Shown piece by piece: positions 35,291-47,300 of a stretch of 64,000 nt of DNA (the first letter of the stretch is position 1; the number at the start of each line of letters is the position of its first letter). Under the pieces are notes generated by a model that saw only the letters and a program-made list of their open reading frames with translations, did no database searches and was not told the origin of the DNA. The position numbers and the translations under genes were made by a program. Origin of the DNA: Okamejei kenojei (taxonomy: Eukaryota). The stretch lies in the NCBI GenBank assembly GCA_035221665.1, contig CM069154.1, forward strand, positions 5,766,001 through 5,830,000. Direction: 5' to 3'.

Positions 35291-36954
35291 CACTTTGTGT
35301 CTTTTTGTGTATTATCCAGCATGTGCAGTTTTTTGTTTCTACATAAAAATCCTCTGGGTTTACTTAGTAAAAGAGCAGGAGAACTGCAATTGACGTCCTT
35401 GCCAATAGTTTGTCCTTTACCCACACTGCTTAGAGAAACGTGAAAAGAGATTATCTGGTTGTTATCATGTTTCCATGGGAGGAGTTGTTGAACTGGAGAA
35501 GCTTGGCTGAACGTACAATCAGGACATTGAACTGATAAAGGTGAACAGGACTGGGATTCATCGAAGGGCAACGTTTTTGATTTATAGGAAAAGTCCAGCA
35601 GCCAGAGTAAAGCAGATGTTTGTGCATTGACTAAATAGGATAGCCCCTTAGTTAGCGTAGACTTGATGGTCCGAAATGGTGTTCATCTATTTTATAACAA
35701 AATATGAAATTACGGATCAGAAGAGCGAGTGGCGCAGCGGTAGAGCACAAGGGATTTGCACGTTCTCCCTGTGACTGCGTGGGTTTCCTCCAGGTTCTCT
35801 GGTTTCCTCCCACATCCCAACGACATGCGGGTTTGTAGGCTAATTCTTCTTGTTCTTAAGCCCTTTGCTCCTCTAGAGAGCATAGGCCATTGACAAATGT
35901 CCTCCGCCTCCCTCGGCTGTTGGCAGTTCGTTCGAGATCTCCCCATGTAGGCTAATTGGCCTCTGGCAAATTTCCCTTAGTGCGTAGGGAGTAGATCACA
36001 AGTGGCCTTATATAGAACTTGATTGTAACCATGCATGTGTAGGAAGGAACAGCTGACGCTGGTCTATAGCAAAGATAGACACAAAGTGCTGGAGTAACAA
36101 AGTGGGTCAGGTAGCATCTCTGGAGAAAAGAAATAGGTGACATTTCATGTTGGAACCCTTCTTCAGACTGTAGATGTCATCATGTATAGTCTTTTAGCTG
36201 ATTGGATAACAAAGAAGCATTTCACTGTACCTCGGTACATGTGACAATAATAAACTAAACTAAGCTAGTGTGAACGGATGTTAGATGGCTGGCATGGACT
36301 CGGTGGGCCGAAGGGCCTGTTTCCATGCTGCATCTTTCAATCATGAGTGTGAGTGGCAGGAATGGAGCATTTAATAGTTATAGTACATCAACACATGTAG
36401 TCAATTCAAAGAAATACAGTCAATAATTAAAAGTAAAGATATTATATTGGAAAGCATGAACCGGTTCCTATAAAATAGCAACTTGTGAACTGCTGTGGTC
36501 ACCCAGTTATAGGAAGGACCTCATTATGCTGGGAAGGATGCAGAGAAATCTCACAAGGATGTTACCTGGAGTTATAATGAGATGATGGATAGGCTCACGA
36601 TGAGACTTCTTTCTCTGGAGCAGAGGAGGTTGAGGCATGTACAAAATGATCAGGGGCCTAGACTCATAATCTTTATCCCTGGGTAGGGGAGTTTAAAATT
36701 AGAGTTTTAAAATTTGAGGTAAGCAGGAACAGATTTACAAGGGACCTTTTAAATCTTTCCTCCCCAGGATTGATCTTGGGCATGTTTAAGAATGAACTGC
36801 AGATGCTGGAAAAATCGAAGGTAGACAAAAATGCTGGAGGAACTTAGCGGGTGAGGCAGCATCATCGGAGGATGCTGCCTCACCCGCTGAGTTTCTCCAG
36901 CATTTTTGTCCACCTATGGCATGTTTAAGGAGAGATACAGTTCACATTTTAAAT

Positions 36955-37190
36955 GTGTCGGGAAGGAACTGCAGATGCTGGTTGAAACCAAAGATGGACA
37001 CAAAATGCTGGAGTAACTCAGCGGGACAGGCAGCATCTCTGGAGAGAAGGAACGGGTGACGTTTTGGGTGGGCACGGGTCTGAAGAAGGGTCTCGACCTG
37101 AAACATCACCCATTCCTTCCTTCCAGAGATGCTGCCTTTCCCGCTGAGATACTCCAGCATTTTGTGTCAATCTTTGGCTCACATTTTAAA
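36955..37190. repeat. Penelope-derived inverted repeat with a hammerhead-like motif at ~37076-37111
   Basis: Arms ~36988-37065 and ~37099-37178 are reverse complements; GGGT-CTGAAGAAGGGTCTCGACCTGAAACATC-ACCC. Confidence 0.7.
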
Positions 37191-37368
37191 GTTTGGTTAC
37201 TCCACTCTGAAAGGGTTTACACCATTAATTGCAGTAGTAGATAACATTTGTTGACCGAGATATCTTAGTTGCAAATAAAGAAGGTTGGTATAACAATTGC
37301 AACGCGCCCCTTAAATAATTTTGCAGGCACTGAAACGTCCAGTGTTGCCAAAAGTTTGTAGGCCTTAC

Positions 37369-37424
37369 CATAGAGTTTGACTTCGGGACAGAGTTCTCTA
37401 TTGTTGAGTCTCCTTCCTTCTTAT
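37369..37424 (-). CDS. Gene A cytoplasmic exon (D)KKEGDSTIENSVPKSNSM
   Basis: tttttttcag acceptor and gtaagg donor; 56 nt, phase 1-0; joins the TM exon to the ITIM exon in frame. Confidence 0.8.
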
Positions 37425-38076
37425 CTGAAAAAAACACAAAAATATTAAGTCACGCCAATCGGAAAAGTTTTTTTAAATGTAATTAAATGTAAATGTAATT
37501 TCTAAAATACACTGGGGTTTTTTTAACATGCACACCCAAATGTTAAAAGAAAACCCTAGATAGATGCTGTGTCAATAAAGAGTCATAGAGAGTCATAGAG
37601 TGACACAGTGTGGAAACAGGCCCTTCAGCCTAACTTGCCCACAACGGCCAACAATGTCCCAGCTACACTAGTCACACCTGCCTGCGATTGGTCCATATCC
37701 CTGAAACCTTATCCTATCCATGTAAAGATTTAGACTTTGGAGATACAGAGTGGAAACAGGCCCTTCAACCCACCGAGTCCGCGCTGAGTAGTGATCATCC
37801 CGTACACTAGCACCATTGAGCTCACTCGGGGCAATTTACAATTTACCGAAGCCAATTAACTTACAAACCTGTACGTTTTTGGGGATGTTGGTGGAAACCG
37901 GAGCACTCAGAGAAAACCTTTTGCAGACACAGGGAGAATGTACTGGCTCCTTATAGACAGCACCCGTAGTCAGGATCGAACCTTGGTGTCTTGCGGTGCG
38001 AGGCAGCAACTCTACCACTGCGCCACCGTGTCACACTGAGATTTCCTGGTCTTTTTTAGAATCTTGGCCCACTCAC

Positions 38077-38148
38077 CTGTCCCTTCACCTTCAATCTCCT
38101 GCATTCCTTTAAATTCTACTTTACAGCCATCCACACGTTCACTCGAAC
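38077..38148 (-). CDS. Gene A candidate cytoplasmic cassette exon (G)SSERVDGCKVEFKGMQEIEGEGT
   Basis: ttcacag acceptor and gtgagt donor; 72 nt, symmetric phase 1-1, open; not required for frame. Confidence 0.5.
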
Positions 38149-38669
38149 CTGTGAACAATTAAATGCAAAGGCCGAGCTTTAAAGATTGAGTCAGATCAAC
38201 AATTATCAACCTGGTGTGAATAGTGATGCAGATTAGTTTTTCAGTTTTAGTTTTAGTGATACAGCGCAGAAACACGCCCTTTGGCCCACCGTGTCCGCGC
38301 CGACTAGCGATCCCCGTACACTAACACTATCCTACACATTAGGGACAATTTACAATTATACCAAGTCAATTAACCTACAAATTTATACGTCTTTGGAGTG
38401 TGGTAGGAAACTGGAGCACCCGGAGAAAACGCTCGCAGGTCACACACGATAACGTACAAACTACAGCACCCATAGTCAGGATCGAACCTGGGTCTCTGGT
38501 GCTGTAAGGCAGCAACTCTACCGCTGTGCCACTATGCTGTCAGATTAGTTGAAAGTTGTTTTGGATCATTTGTGTTAATTGGGCAGGATGAGATCTGTTG
38601 CTCAACAATGACTTCCCGTGTTGTTTGCTGTGCTTAGCTTACTTAACATCGCTAGTTTACTTAACAGAT

Positions 38670-39210
38670 GCAACACAGAAAGCATACTGTCAGTTTGCGT
38701 CACAGCTTAGTTTGGGAACAGCCCTGCCAAAGCCGGCAGAAAATCGCAGAGAGTTGTAGATGTAGCTCAGACTCCCCACTCCATCTACACTTCACGCTGC
38801 CTCGGAAAAGCAACCAACATAATCAAAGTCTTGTCCCACCCCGGTCATTCCTTCTTTTCCCTGCTCCCGTCAGGCAAAAGATATACAAGCTTGAAGGCGC
38901 GCATCACCAGACTCAGCACCAGCTTCTTTTCCTCTTTTATTAGCCTTTTGAATGGTAGCTTCCGTAAGCTAAGGTACTGTCCGATGCGCCTCTTCCCCAT
39001 TTCAGATATTGGACTTTGTCTCTCAAACTGATGCTCTACAATGCTGAGAACTATATTCTGCACTCTGTATCTTCTCCTTTGCTCCATCTATGGGACTTAT
39101 GTGTGACTTGATTGTATTTATGTATAGTAGTATGTGATCTGTTTGGACAGCATGCAAAACAAAGCTTCTCACTGTACCTCAGTACGTGACAATAATAATC
39201 CTCAACATAA
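38670..39210 (+). mobile_element. Rex1/Babar-like LINE 3' fragment, decayed
   Basis: SHPGHSFFSLLPSGKRYTSLKARITRL resembles the C-terminus of the 45316-46494 ORF; family 3' UTR follows. Confidence 0.75.
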
Positions 39211-39515
39211 ACCAAAGACCGAATTTTATACAGAAATAATTTAATCTAAAGAATTGAACTGTGTCTTGGGGTTACAATGGATATTTTGGTATGTTGTAGT
39301 AATATGCAGTAATTTCTGCCTAATCTACATATCTTGCTGCTCAAACTAAACAAAGACACAAAACACTAACTCATAACAGAACATCAATATATAATTTAAC
39401 ATGCCATTGGGGGAGACGAGAAATAGGGGTCACAGTTTACGAATAAGGGGTAGGCCATTTAGGATTGAAATGAGGACTTTTTTTTTTACCCAGAGAGTAG
39501 TGAATCTATGGAATT

Positions 39516-40134
39516 ATTACCCATATCAGCCATCTGAGGTATGGTTTTACCAAATCATGCCAGCAGGGCTAACAGGGGAATATTTTCTTATATTCCCCTT
39601 TCTAGCCAACCCTATGGAGTTTGCCTGTTTAAACAGCGGGGAATATAACCTTATAATTCCCCTGGTCTCACATCCGGGAACGTGACGCTGCGTGATCACG
39701 CTGCGTGGGAAATTTAAAATTTATTCTCAAAAAAAAAAATGGCTGCCGTTTGCGAGAAAAGGTTCCCGTTTTAAAACTTCGACCTTCACATTGTCACATA
39801 AATGAATGACATAAATTACATAAATGAAACATAAATGTTACATTGTTTTAGTACCCTTATATACAATGTTGCAATGGTTTTAGTACCCTTCTTTACAATG
39901 TTGCAATGCATATTGCAAAATGTATAGATACATTCATATCATATGAGATGTTCAGATTTTCCTCTAGATGTCTGATAATGGGTAATAATAACAATATTGA
40001 CTGTCCTCTTTCGGGAGATACGACATATATTGCCCTCACTAGATCCATATTGCCCTCGTCTTCGACTCGGGCAATATGAATCTACTTCAGGCAATATATG
40101 TCGTATCCCCCTCAAGGCCAGTCAATATTCTATT
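39516..40134. mobile_element. Non-coding insertion with subterminal inverted repeats and a long terminal hairpin (Crypton- or Helentron-like), splitting a CR1 fragment
   Basis: CR1 sequence 39401-39515 resumes at ~40135; IR 39513-39533 / 39968-39989; ~135-bp imperfect palindrome 39992-40129; ATTATT at both junctions. Confidence 0.6.
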
Positions 40135-40384
40135 ATTCTCTGCCACAGAGGGAAGTGGAGTTCAATTCACTGCATATTTTCAAGAGAGAGTTAGATTTAG
40201 CTCTTAGGGCTAAAGGAATCAAGGGTTATGGTGAAAAAGCAGGAACGGGGGTACTGATTTTAGATGATCAGCTAAGATCGTATTGAATGGTGGTGCTGGC
40301 TCGATGGGTTGAATGGCCTACTCCTGCACCTATTTTTCTATGTTTCTATCAAACAAGATTACTTAGCAGGTAGTTAAACAGGAG

Positions 40385-40900
40385 ATGGAGACAAAAAGCT
40401 GGAGTAACTCAGCGGGTCAGGCAGCATCTCCGGTCAAAAGGAATAGGTGGTGTTATGGGTCAAGACCCTTCTTCAGACTGAGGGTCGTGGGAAAAGGAAA
40501 CAAGAGATATAGACGGAGATATAGAGAGATAGAGAACAAATGAATGAAAGATATGCGTGGACATAGAGTTGGTGAGCAGGAGGACTCGTAGAGGGGGAGC
40601 AGTGAGAGAGGATGTCACAGAACTCTCGTCGGAGAGGGGGGAGAACTTCTTCAAAGTAGGCATTCCTTGAGGAGATATGGCAGTGAAGCAGATGAAATGT
40701 GTAGGAAGGAACTGCAGATGCTGGTTTAAACCAAAGATAGACACAAAAAGCCAGAGTAACTCAGCGGGTCAGACAGCATCTCTGGAGTAACGGAAAAGGC
40801 AATGTTTTGGGTCGAGGCCCTTCTTCACTGAGAGTTGGGGGAAAGGGAAATGAAAGATATGGAACAAACGAGCAAACGATATACGTGGTCGTAGAGTCGG
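40385..40900 (-). repeat. Tandem Penelope-derived repeat fragments
   Basis: Two copies of the GGAGTAACTCAGCGGGTCAG...CCCTTCTTCAG module, with the same adjacent UTR as 42390-42560. Confidence 0.6.
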
Positions 40901-42389
40901 AGAGCAGGAGGAATCACAGAGGGAGCGCAGCAAGAGAGGATGCTGCTGAACTCTCAGGGCCTCTTTTATTAACAAAAGAATCATTTCATATTAGCCAGCT
41001 CACTCATCTCGTGTGTTGATAATTGTTCGGGAAAGTATAGCTGTTTTGTTTCTTTCCACAGTACCAGACAGGGGGTGGACTTGACTCTGACAAAACTGCT
41101 GACAAATGGTCCCTTTAATTAGCACATAAAAATCACCTTTGTGCAGCTCACGTGGCTCTCTAAGAGTTTAAGACCGTCAGCAAGGAACAATGCATGCAGC
41201 TTTGTACCACACACAAATTGTCTCAACGTTAGTGGCAATCATGTCACCATTATATTGTACTGAATAGACAGACAGAGTAACAGAACTCCTATTCTTCCAA
41301 AGAGATACAGGAGGTTCCAGCAATTCTGGCAGACTCCTTTAATGAGATCTATGCCAGAATGAAATAAAAAAATATGAGGTTATTGAAATGAAAATATGAG
41401 GAGATTTCTGTCTGACAACATGCATACAGTTCTCAAATGCAGATGCGTTTAGATCATTGCAAACCAAGATTCAACCATTGAAACAATGCTTTAAATTCTG
41501 CTTGGGTAGCTTACAACTTAACGACATGGACATTGAATACTTTAATTTTAAGTAACATCCCACCCCATTCTCTTTCTCCCCCCTTCCCCTCCTCCCTTTC
41601 CTGACCCTGGTACAGACTCATTCTTCCACTGTCCCAACCAGTCTTTCCTCCTGTCCCTTCCGTCCCCTTCCACTTCTGTCCTCCTCCCATGCCCCCCCCT
41701 TCCCCCCTCCCTCCTTCTGGCTTAACATTTCACTTCTCTTTATAAACGCGCACCTCCAGATTCAGGGGCAGTTTCTTCCCAGTTGTTATCAGGCAACTGA
41801 ACCATCCTACCACCAACTAGAGAGCGGTCCTGACCTCCCATCCACCTCATTGGAGCCCCTTGGGCCTATCTTCAAATGGACTTTACAGGAATTTATCTTG
41901 CACTAAATGTTATTCCCTTTATAGCGTATCTGTAGATGGTCGATTGTAATCAATGTTTAGTCTTTCTGCTGACGGGACAGCAGGCAACAAAAAATATTTT
42001 CACTGTACCTCAGAACACACAATAATAAACTAAACTAAGCATGTGTCTATCCTCTTCCCCTTATAAACACTCTATTATCTTTTTTGCCTTTGATCCCTTT
42101 TTATCATCATTTTGTCTCTGTTTTCACTCCAACCATTGTCCACCCATCTGCCAATCAGAAATCCCCCACAACTGTGTTCAACTCACACTTGGAGATATTT
42201 TTCTCTTCTTTTTTTTCTTTTTTTTATAAGGAGGTATAAGGAGCTGCAGATGTAGATTTAGATTTTCCAGCTCTCATTTGCCTTGCTTTGTCCCGCCACA
42301 ACTCATTTCCAGCTTTCTCTCCTCCAATGCAATGTGTCTGAAGACGGGTCCTGCCCTGAAAGGTCACCTATCTAAGTCCTCCAGAGACA

Positions 42390-42750
42390 GGCACAAAGAG
42401 CTAGAGTAACTCCCAGCGGGACTGGCAGCATCTCTGGAGTAAAGGAATGGGTGACGTTTCGGGTCAAGACCCTTCTTCAGACTAGTCAGGGGAAAGGAAA
42501 ACGAGAGATATACACGATGATGTAGAGAGATAAAGAACAATGAATTAAAGATATGCAAAAAGTGACCATGATAAACGAAACAGGCTATTATTAGCTGTTT
42601 GTTGGGTGAATACGAGAAGCTGGAGCGACTTGGGTGGGGGAGGGATAGAGAGAGAGGGAATGCCGAGTTTACTTGAAGTTAGAGTAGTCAATATTCATAC
42701 CATTGGGCTGTAAGCTGCCCCAACAAAAGATTAGATGCTGTTCCTCCAAC
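42390..42750 (-). mobile_element. Penelope-like element 3' fragment: GIY-YIG endonuclease C-terminus, 3' UTR and hammerhead-like motif
   Basis: Minus-strand 42749-42669 encodes LEEQHLIFCWGSLQPNGMNIDYSNFK*; CTGAAGAAGGGTCTTGACCCGAAACGTC follows at 42480-42453. Confidence 0.8.
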
Positions 42751-42854
42751 CTTTTGTGTCTATCTTCAGTTTAAACCAGCATCTGCAGTTCCTTCCTACA
42801 CATTATTTCCTCCAGAGATGCTGCTTGACCCACTGAGTTACTCCTGCACTTCAC

Positions 42855-43182
42855 GTTTAGTTTAGTTTTTTTAGTTTAGAGATTAGTTTAGAGATACAGT
42901 GCGGAACCAGGCCCTTCGGCCCACCAAGTCCTCGCCAACCAGCGATCCCCGCACACTTACACTATCCTACACACTAGGGGGCAATTTACAATTATTTCGA
43001 GTCAATTAACCTACAAATCTGCTGGTCTTTGGAGTGTGGGAGGAAACCGGAGATCCAGGAGCAAACCCACACAGGTCACGGGGAGAACGTGCAAACTCCG
43101 TACAGACGAGAACACGCAGGATCGAATCCGGGTCACTGGCGCTGTGAGGCAGCAACTCCTTCGCTGCGCCACCGGGCTGCCC
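42855..43182 (-). mobile_element. HE1-like V-SINE directly downstream of the tRNA gene
   Basis: The head starts immediately after the tRNA's T5 terminator, on the same strand. Confidence 0.82.
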
Positions 43183-43183
43183 T

Positions 43184-43188
43184 AAAAA
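43184..43188 (-). terminator. RNA polymerase III terminator (T5)
   Basis: TTTTT on the minus strand, 4 nt after the tRNA 3' end. Confidence 0.75.
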
Positions 43189-43192
43189 TGAA

Positions 43193-43265
43193 CGCCCGAA
43201 CAGGGACTTGAACCCTGGACCCTCAGATTAAAAGTCTGATGCTCTACCGACTGAGCTATCCGGGC
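43193..43265 (-). tRNA. tRNA-Lys (anticodon UUU)
   Basis: GCCCGGATAGCTCAGTCGGTAGAGCATCAGACTTTTAATCTGAGGGTCCAGGGTTCAAGTCCCTGTTCGGGCG; 73 nt, intact cloverleaf, no encoded CCA, followed by TTTTT. Confidence 0.97.
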
Positions 43266-43393
43266 CCTCTTGTTCTATGCATGTTCCCAACATCTGCAGA
43301 TCCTTGTGTCCACAAACATTTAAACTAGGTACATGTCATCCAGCTAGTGTGTGCCGCTGAAACGAGAAACCTTGCTTTAGTTTCTGAACTTAC

Positions 43394-43494
43394 CATTATT
43401 TTTGTTCTTTCTAATTTTTCTGATAACCAGGAACAGGAGTCCGAAAAACATGATCGTTAGTATTCCAAAGACTAGTCCAATTATTAAGAAAAAC
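43394..43494 (-). CDS. Gene A transmembrane exon (R)FFLIIGLVFGILTIMFFGLLFLVIRKIRKNKNN
   Basis: 101 nt, phase 2-1, gtcaag acceptor and gtaag donor; 24 hydrophobic residues with no charged residue, then a basic stop-transfer segment. Confidence 0.87.
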
Positions 43495-44356
43495 CTTGAC
43501 GGTTATGAAAAAGAGAAAATCATTAAAATAATTGCAGACATATCAGCTCACATATCAGAGAAAGATAATAATGAACAATTATGCAAAATTTTATTATTTC
43601 TGATTTTATGTAGGGTATCACTTTCTAACCTCTCAGTATAGTCAAAGTTGCAGGCAACACCTTTGCATTTGTTTAATTCTAGAAGTTTTTAATTTTTAGT
43701 TTAAAGATTCAGCGTGGAAACAGGCGCTTCGGCCCACCGAGTCCACACCGACCAACTATCACCCGTTCATTCTAGTTCAATCCTACACACTAGGGACAAT
43801 TTACCTACAAACGTGCACGTCTTTGGGATATGAGTAGAAACCAGAGCACCTGGAGAAAACCCACGTGGTCACAGGGGGAACGTAAAAACTCCAGACAGAC
43901 AGCACCCGTAGTCAAGATCGAACCAGGGTCTCTGGCGCTGTGGGGCAGCACTGTGTTACCCCTATTCCATATCCATACCATTCCCCTCAGTTTTACATTT
44001 TTCAAAGCTGGTTCTTCTTTTAGATTTTAAACTTTAGACTTCAGGGAAGCAGGCCCTTCGGCCCATCGAGTCCACGCCAACCAGTGATCATCCTGTACAC
44101 TAGAATTATCCCTCACACTGGGGCCAATTTACAATTTTATCAAAGTCAATTAACCTACAAACCCGCACGTCTTTGGGATGTGGGAGGAAATTGGAGCATC
44201 CATGCGTTCAAAAGGAGGACGTACAAACTCCACACAAACAGCACCCGTAGTCAGGAATGAACCAGGGTCCCTGGCGCTAAGGCAGCAACTCTACCACTGC
44301 GCCACGATGCCACCTTAGCATGACCATATTCAGTTCATTGGTGTTGCTGTTCTTGC

Positions 44357-47300
44357 ATAGAAACATAGAAACATAGAAATTAGGTGCAGGAGCAGGCCAT
44401 TCGGCCCTTCGAGCCTGCACCGCCATTCAATATGATCATGGCTGATCATCCAACTCAGTATCCTGTACCTGCCTTCTCTCCATACCCCCTGATCCCTTCA
44501 GCCACAAGGGCCACATTTAACTCCCTCTTAAATATGGCCAACGAACTGGCTTCAATTACCTTCTGTGGCAGAGAATTCCACAGATTCTCCACTCTCTGTG
44601 TGAAAAACGATTTTCTCATCTCGGTCCTAAAAGACTTCCCCCTTATCCTTAAACTGTGACCCCTTGTCCTGGACTTCCCCAACATCGGGAACAATCGTCC
44701 TGCATCTAGCCTGTCCAACCCCTTAAGAATTTTGTAAGTCTCTATGAGATCACCCCTCAATCTTCTAAATTCCAGCGAGTCCAAGCCGAGTCTATCCAGT
44801 CTTTCTTCATATGGAAGTCGTGCCATCCCAGGAATCAGTCTGGTGAACCTTCTCTGTACTCCCTCTATGGCAAGAATGTCTTTCCTCAGATTAGGAGACC
44901 AAAGCTGTACGCAATACTCCAGGTGTGGCCTCACCAAGACCCTGTACAACTGCAGTAGAACCTCCCTGCTCTTGTACTCAAACCCTTTTGCTATGAATGC
45001 CAACATACCATTTGCTTTCTTCACAGCTTGCTGCACCTGCATGCCTACTTTCAATGACTGGTGTACCATGACACCCAGGTCTCGCTGCATCTCCCCTTTT
45101 CCTAATCGGTCACCATTCAAATAATAATCTACCTTCCTGTTTTTGCCACCAAAGTGGATAACCTCACATTTATCCACATTATACTGCATCTGCCATGCAT
45201 TTGCCTACTCACCCAGTCTATCCAAGTCATCCTGCAGCCTCCTAGCATCCTCCTCACAGCTAACACTGCCCCCCAGCTTCGTGTCATCGGCAAACTTCGA
45301 GATGTTGCATTTAATTTATCCAATGACTATCGACCTGTGGCACTAACGCCTGTGGTGATGAAGTGCTTTGAGAGGTTGATCATGGCGCAAATCAACTCCT
45401 ACCTTGACAAAAACCTGGACCCACTGCAGTTCGCTTACCGCCACAACAGATCAACGGTGGACGCGATCTCGCTGGCCCTCCACTCCGCTCTGGACCACTT
45501 GGACAACAAAAACTCATATGTCAGGCTGTTATTCATTGACTACAGCTCGGCATTTAACACAATCATCCCCTCCAAGCTGGTTACCAAACTCGCAGAACTG
45601 GGTCTCTGCGCATCCCTCTGCAATTGGATCCTCGACTTCCTCATTCACAGACCACAGACTGTTCGTATTGGTGGAAATGTGTCAGACTCGATAACAATCA
45701 GCACGGGAGCACCTCAAGGCTGCGTGCTCAGCCCTCTGCTGTACTCACTCTATACTCATGACTGCGTAGCCGGTCATAGTGCGAACTCCATCATCAAGTT
45801 TGCTGACGACACCATTGTAGTGGGACATATCACTGATGGGGATGAGTCGGAGTACAGAAGAGAGATCGAGCGACTGTCCATATGGTGCCAGCACAATAAC
45901 CTGGCCCTCAACACCAGCAAAACCAAGGAACTGATTGTGGACTTTGGAAGGAGTAGGATGGGGACCCACAGTCCTGTTTATATCAACGGGTCGATGGTTG
46001 AAAGGGTCAAGAGCTTCAAATTCTTGGGCGTGCACATCTGTGAAGATCTTTCCTGGTCCGAGAACACAGATGCAATTACTAAGAAAGCTCATCAGCGCCT
46101 CTACTTCCTGAGAAGATTACGGAGAGTCGGTCTGTCAAGGAGGACTCTCTCTAACTTCTGCAGGTGCACAGTAGAAAGCTTGCTGACTGGTTGCATCGTG
46201 GCTTGGTTCGGCAACTTGAGCGCCCTGGAGAGGAAAAGACTACAAAAAGTAGTGAACACTGCCCAGTCCATCATCGGCTCTGACCTTCCTTCCATCGAGG
46301 GGATCTATCACAGCCGTTGCCTCAAAAAGGCTGGGAGCATCATCAAGGACCCACACCACCCCGGCCACACACTCGTCTCCCTGCTACCTTCGGGTAGAAG
46401 GTACAGGAGCCTGAGAACTGCAACAACCCGGTTCAGGAATAGCTACTTCCCCACCGCCATCAGGCTATTAAACCTGGCTCGGACAAAACTCTGAACATTA
46501 ATACCCCTCCATCTGTTATTTGCACTTTATTAATTTATTAATTAATGTGTGTATTTAAGTATATAACTGTAGTCAATGCCTACTATGTTCTGTTGTGCTT
46601 TGCAAAGAAAGAATTTCATTGTCCTGTCAGGGACACATGACAATAAACTCTTTTGACCTGACTTGACTTAATACCCTCATCCAAATCATTAATGTATATT
46701 GTAAATAGCTGGGGTCCCAGCACTGAGCCTTGCGGCACCCCACTAGTCACTGCCTGCCATCCTGAAAAGGAACCGTTCACTCCTACTCTTTGGTTCCTGC
46801 TTGCCAGCCAGTTCTCTATCCACATCAATACTGAACCACCAATAATGTGTGCTTTAAGTTTGTATACCAATCTCTTGTGTGGGACCTTGTCGAAAGCCTT
46901 CTGAAAGTCCAGATATAACACATCCACTGCTTCTCCCTAATCCACTCTACTAGTTACATCCTCAAAAAATGCAATAAGATTCGTCAGACATGATTTACCC
47001 TTCGTAAATCCATGCTGACTTTGTCCAATGATTTCACCACTTTCCAAATGCGCTGCTATCCCATCTTTAATAATTGACTCTAGCAGTTTCCCCACTACCG
47101 ATGTTAGACTAACTGGTCTGTAATTCCCCGTTTTCTCTCTCCCTCCGTTTTTAAAAAGTGGGGTTACATTAGCTACCCTCCAATCCTCAGGAACTACTCC
47201 AGAATCTAAAGAGTTTTGAAAAATTATCATTAAGGCATCTGCTATTTCTGGGGCTACTTCCTTAAGTACCCTGGGATGCAGCCTATCTGGCCCTGGGATT

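Noticed and set aside
43193-43265. tRNA-Lys as a SINE head, a retrocopy or the primer for the chimeric LTR element
   Set aside because: It has no encoded CCA or poly(A) and has its own terminator; the element's PBS matches tRNA-Ser, not tRNA-Lys.
45154-45315. N-terminal part of the 446-aa ORF as part of the Rex RT
   Set aside because: It is antisense CR1 sequence that happens to be open; the Rex element starts after the TTAAT TSD.
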